Below are positions 60,695-64,000 of a stretch of 64,000 nt of DNA, one piece after another (positions within the stretch are counted from its first letter, which is position 1; each line of letters starts with the position of its first letter). A program made the position numbers and the translations under genes. The notes beneath the pieces are model-generated. The model did no database searches. It was given only the letters and a program-made list of their open reading frames with translations, and was not told the DNA's origin. This DNA is from an uncultured Clostridiaceae bacterium (GTDB taxonomy: Bacteria > Bacillota > Clostridia > TANB77 > CAG-465): NCBI GenBank assembly GCA_947381905.1, contig CANCXL010000006.1, forward strand, positions 448 through 64,447. The letters run 5' to 3'.

Positions 60695-61963
60695 GTGGCT
60701 ATAGGTGATATCATCGTAGGGCTAGATATTGGCGTTTCCAAGGTAAGTTGCGTAATAGGACAAGTCAATAAATTTAGCGAGATCGAAGTCATTGGATATG
60801 GCCTTTCAAACAACTCGGGAATAAAAAGAGGACAAATACTAGATTATGAAAGAGTAGGCCAGTCAATAAAAGACGCAGTAAATTCAGCTGAACAAATTTC
60901 AGAGCTTTCGGTAAATTCAGCCTATGTAAATATAAAAGGTATGAATGTACGAATTGAGAAGGTTGTTATGGAATCTGAGGTCGAAAGACCAAATGATGGT
61001 ATGACAGTTAATGATATTTATAATTTATATACAAAAATTCAGATATCGACTAGACTAGAAAGAGATGAACAAATTATAGATATTTTGCCATCAGCATATG
61101 TGGTAAATGGTAGAATATATAAAGAAGAGCCTATAGGAGCTTTTTGTAAAACATTCCAAATGGAAGTTGAAGTGGTCATCGCAAGAGGAGACTACATAGA
61201 AGGGGTTCAAAAAGCACTTAAATATGCTAATCTTAAAATAGATGGTTTGATATTAGAGACACTTGCTACCTCTAATATTATTTTAATGCCTGAAGAGAAA
61301 CAAAATGGCGTTTTAATGTTAGATATGGGAGGAGGACATACAGATATTTCTGTATATAAGAGAGATAAATTAGAATTTTATACAACACTTCCTGTTGGAG
61401 GAAATTATATTACAAATGATATCTCTTTAACCTTTGATATTAGTACAGATGAAGCGGAGAAATTAAAAAGACAATATAATTTAGCTTTAGTTTCGATGAT
61501 TACAAATAATCATGAAGTAAAGTTAACATCAAAAGCTGTAGCATCTGATGACGTAATAAAATGTAGTGAAATTGTACAAGTAATTGAAGCAAGAATAAAA
61601 GAAGTATACCAAATAGTCCGCAGAATGCTTCAAGAAAAAGGAATGACTACCGCAATTGGTACTGTTGTTCTTACAGGACAAGGTATAAGTAACATAGTTG
61701 GAGCTGAAGAACTTGCAAAGAGAACATTAAAGATTAACAATGTGAGAATTTGCAGTCCAAAATTAATTAATGTTATTAAACCACAACATACAACTGTGTA
61801 TGGAATGGTTAGATATATATCCGGATTAGGTCTTAGTAAGCATGTTAATAGTGATGTGCAGATAGTTACTGAACCAACATTTAAGGATAAAATTTTTGAA
61901 GGTATTGAAAACTTTAAAGAAAAAATCTTTTCAAAAAATAAAAAAGATAAAAAGAAGTTTTAA
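60695..61963 (+). CDS. ftsA: cell division protein FtsA
   Basis: GTG start 6 nt after [18 protein letters not shown] and [12 protein letters not shown] actin-fold motifs. Confidence 0.95.
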   Translation: MAIGDIIVGLDIGVSKVSCVIGQVNKFSEIEVIGYGLSNNSGIKRGQILDYERVGQSIKDAVNSAEQISELSVNSAYVNIKGMNVRIEKVVMESEVERPNDGMTVNDIYNLYTKIQISTRLERDEQIIDILPSAYVVNGRIYKEEPIGAFCKTFQMEVEVVIARGDYIEGVQKALKYANLKIDGLILETLATSNIILMPEEKQNGVLMLDMGGGHTDISVYKRDKLEFYTTLPVGGNYITNDISLTFDISTDEAEKLKRQYNLALVSMITNNHEVKLTSKAVASDDVIKCSEIVQVIEARIKEVYQIVRRMLQEKGMTTAIGTVVLTGQGISNIVGAEELAKRTLKINNVRICSPKLINVIKPQHTTVYGMVRYISGLGLSKHVNSDVQIVTEPTFKDKIFEGIENFKEKIFSKNKKDKKKF

Positions 61964-61989
61964 ATATAGATTTTAAGGGGGAACAAATA

Positions 61990-63201
61990 ATGGAAAACGA
62001 AAATCAAGCAGGAATGGCTACAATTAAGGTTGTTGGAGTCGGGGGTGCTGGAAATAATGGTGTAAACAGAATGGTAGAAACTGGTCTTAAAAGTGTTGAA
62101 TTTATTTCTGTTAACACTGATAGACAGCATTTACATAAAGCTAAAGCAAATAAAAAAATACAAATTGGTGAAAAATTAACTAGAGGTCTTGGTGCTGGTG
62201 CAAATCCAGAAGTTGGTAAATGTAGTGCAGAAGAATCAAAAACTGAAATTGCAGAAGCATTAAAAGGTGCTGATATGGTATTTATTACTGCTGGTATGGG
62301 AGGCGGAACTGGAACAGGAGCTGCTCCTATAGTTGCAGAGGTTTCTAAAGAAATGGGAATATTAACAGTTGGTGTTGTTACAAAACCATTCCCATTTGAA
62401 GGAAAAAGAAGAATGATGCAAGCAGAAGCTGGTATTGAAGAATTAAGACAAAATGTAGATACTTTAATAGTTGTTCCAAATGAAAAATTATTACAAGTTG
62501 TTGAAAAACAAACTTCAATTATGGAAGCATTTAAGATGTCTGACGATGTTTTAAGACAAGGTGTACAAGGAATATCTGACTTAATCACAATTCCTGGACT
62601 TGTACAAATAGATTTTGCAGATGTTAAAACTATAATGCTTGATGCAGGTGTTGCTCATATTGGTATTGGTAGAGCTTCTGGTGAACATAGAGCACAAGAA
62701 GCAGCGCGTCAAGCAATTCATAGCCCATTACTTGAGACATCAATAGAAGGTGCTGGTGGTGTATTATTAAATGTTACTGGTGGTAAAGATCTATGCTTAC
62801 TTGAAATTAGTGAAGCTGCAGATTTAGTTCAAAAATCTGTTGATGCTGATGCAAATATTATATTTGGTGCTGTAATAGATGAAAAACTAGAAAATGAAAT
62901 TGTTATTACTGTAATTGCAACAGGATTTACTAAGTCATTCCAACACATGGAATTAGATAGTATTGTTGGTGAAGCATTAAAAAATGCTACTGTATCACAA
63001 AATACTCAATCAACAACATCTTCATCTAGTTTTTCAGATTTAGGATCTTTATCTGGAATGTCATCACAATCATCTTCAACAATGTCTGGATTTGGTTCAA
63101 TGAGCGGGTCTACAAGTTCTATAAGTTCTGTAAAGACAAATAATGATTATAAAATGGTAGATTTAGATATTCCTCCATTTTTAAGAAGAAACAAAGACTA
63201 G
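61990..63201 (+). CDS. ftsZ: cell division protein FtsZ
   Basis: GVGGAGNN and [10 protein letters not shown] tubulin signature. Ser-rich linker, C-terminal [10 protein letters not shown] peptide. Confidence 0.98.
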   Translation: MENENQAGMATIKVVGVGGAGNNGVNRMVETGLKSVEFISVNTDRQHLHKAKANKKIQIGEKLTRGLGAGANPEVGKCSAEESKTEIAEALKGADMVFITAGMGGGTGTGAAPIVAEVSKEMGILTVGVVTKPFPFEGKRRMMQAEAGIEELRQNVDTLIVVPNEKLLQVVEKQTSIMEAFKMSDDVLRQGVQGISDLITIPGLVQIDFADVKTIMLDAGVAHIGIGRASGEHRAQEAARQAIHSPLLETSIEGAGGVLLNVTGGKDLCLLEISEAADLVQKSVDADANIIFGAVIDEKLENEIVITVIATGFTKSFQHMELDSIVGEALKNATVSQNTQSTTSSSSFSDLGSLSGMSSQSSSTMSGFGSMSGSTSSISSVKTNNDYKMVDLDIPPFLRRNKD

Positions 63202-63237
63202 TAGATAACCCCAAAAAAATCTATGAAAATTGAGATA

Positions 63238-63271
63238 AAAGCTAAGATTATGTATGAATCTTAGCTTTTTT
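63238..63271 (+). terminator. rho-independent terminator after ftsZ
   Basis: Stem AAAGCTAAGATT/AATCTTAGCTTT + T-run. Confidence 0.8.
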
Positions 63272-63371
63272 ATATTAATATATCTAAAAATTTAGATGGA
63301 AAAATGATACAGGTATACTATTTTTACAAATTTTTTTAAATTAAAAGAATATAATTAGTCTAGGTGATTAA

Positions 63372-64000
63372 ATGAAAATCTACCTAGACTATATTTTTTT
63401 AGAAAATCTAATAGTAAATGCAGTAATTATATTTCAAACGATAAGATGTATAAATATAGATATAAAAGTATGGAAAAAATTTTTATGGGCTATATGTGAT
63501 GCTATTGTCGCATGCATTATATATATAAGACCAGAATTTAATTCATATATAATTAATATAATAGTTACAACAGTTATAATAGTTTTGGTTTTAAAACCCA
63601 AAAGTGTAATAAAGTGTATAAAATATATGATTACATACTATTATATATATATTGTATATATGGGAATTATTATTTTTTCTAGTATATTTTTTAATATACA
63701 TTTAGAAATATATCTAAATAAGATACTTTTGTATATTTTTTCCGCTGTAATCTGTAAATACATAACAGATAAAATGTGGATTATGTTGAAAAGTAAAAAT
63801 AATTATTTAGATTTAGTGTATACATTAAATATACAAAATAATAATATACCAGTATTTTTAGACACAGGGAATAAGGTTTATGATTATACTAATAATTCTA
63901 GTGTTATATTTTTAGATAACAGTCTAAAAGATAAAATAAACCTAGAAAATTATAAACTTGTGGAGTTTGAGATAAATACAGTAAGTGGAACAGATATAAA
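63372..64000 (+). CDS. spoIIGA: sigma-E processing aspartic peptidase SpoIIGA, N-terminal part (runs off right edge)
   Basis: MKIYLDYIFLENLIVN start, five TM segments, FLDTGN catalytic motif. Canonical position after ftsZ. GGTGA SD. Confidence 0.85.
   Translation, partial: MKIYLDYIFLENLIVNAVIIFQTIRCINIDIKVWKKFLWAICDAIVACIIYIRPEFNSYIINIIVTTVIIVLVLKPKSVIKCIKYMITYYYIYIVYMGIIIFSSIFFNIHLEIYLNKILLYIFSAVICKYITDKMWIMLKSKNNYLDLVYTLNIQNNNIPVFLDTGNKVYDYTNNSSVIFLDNSLKDKINLENYKLVEFEINTVSGTDI

Noticed and set aside
62004-62588. 194-aa minus-strand ORF antisense to ftsZ
   Set aside because: It overlaps the most conserved part of ftsZ. It has no SD or promoter, and its composition is an artefact of the Gly/Ala-rich sense frame.
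63000-63140. Ser/Thr-rich low-complexity stretch as a separate feature or repeat
   Set aside because: It is the disordered C-terminal linker of FtsZ, in frame between the globular core and the conserved [10 protein letters not shown] tail.

Overview
Very AT-rich chromosomal origin region of a spore-forming Firmicute, Clostridia-like (spoIIGA and a SpoIVFB-type protease are present). No rRNA, CRISPR array, transposase or integrase is visible. The core block, on the minus strand, is parB-parA-rsmG-mnmG-mnmE-jag-yidC-yidD-rnpA-rpmH (36.1-44.6 kb). It is followed by a 1.66-kb rpmH-dnaA spacer packed with consensus DnaA boxes (oriC), then on the plus strand dnaA-dnaN-recF-gyrB, an L20-leader-controlled infC-rpmI-rplT operon, efp, miaB, an M23/M50 protease pair, ftsA-ftsZ and the start of spoIIGA. 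The left 36 kb is accessory. It holds a RelE/HigB-like toxin + XRE-ImmA + SWIM zinc-finger operon and a Wzx/Wzy-type polysaccharide locus (9.6-19.0 kb). The locus's wzz/wze pair is displaced and bracketed by two divergent HEPN-like (Rx4H) genes. Further right are a RelQ-type alarmone synthetase, DUF3800 and an AAA ATPase between two VanZ paralogs, then a run of five monocistronic genes including flotillin. Three of those five share a near-identical promoter-leader cassette. The accessory part ends with an LCP protein, a CaCA antiporter behind a yybP-ykoY-like (Mn2+) riboswitch, a Cys-rich collagen-like/CBM protein between two tRNA-Ser genes, and a transglutaminase/LRR cluster. The best candidates for undescribed biology are the twin HEPN genes in the capsule locus, the toxin-ImmA-SWIM operon, the repeated promoter-leader cassette, and the unusual oriC architecture (palindromic box pairs, TAA-trio run, alternating-GC island). 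All functional calls come from reading motifs by eye. No database search was possible.
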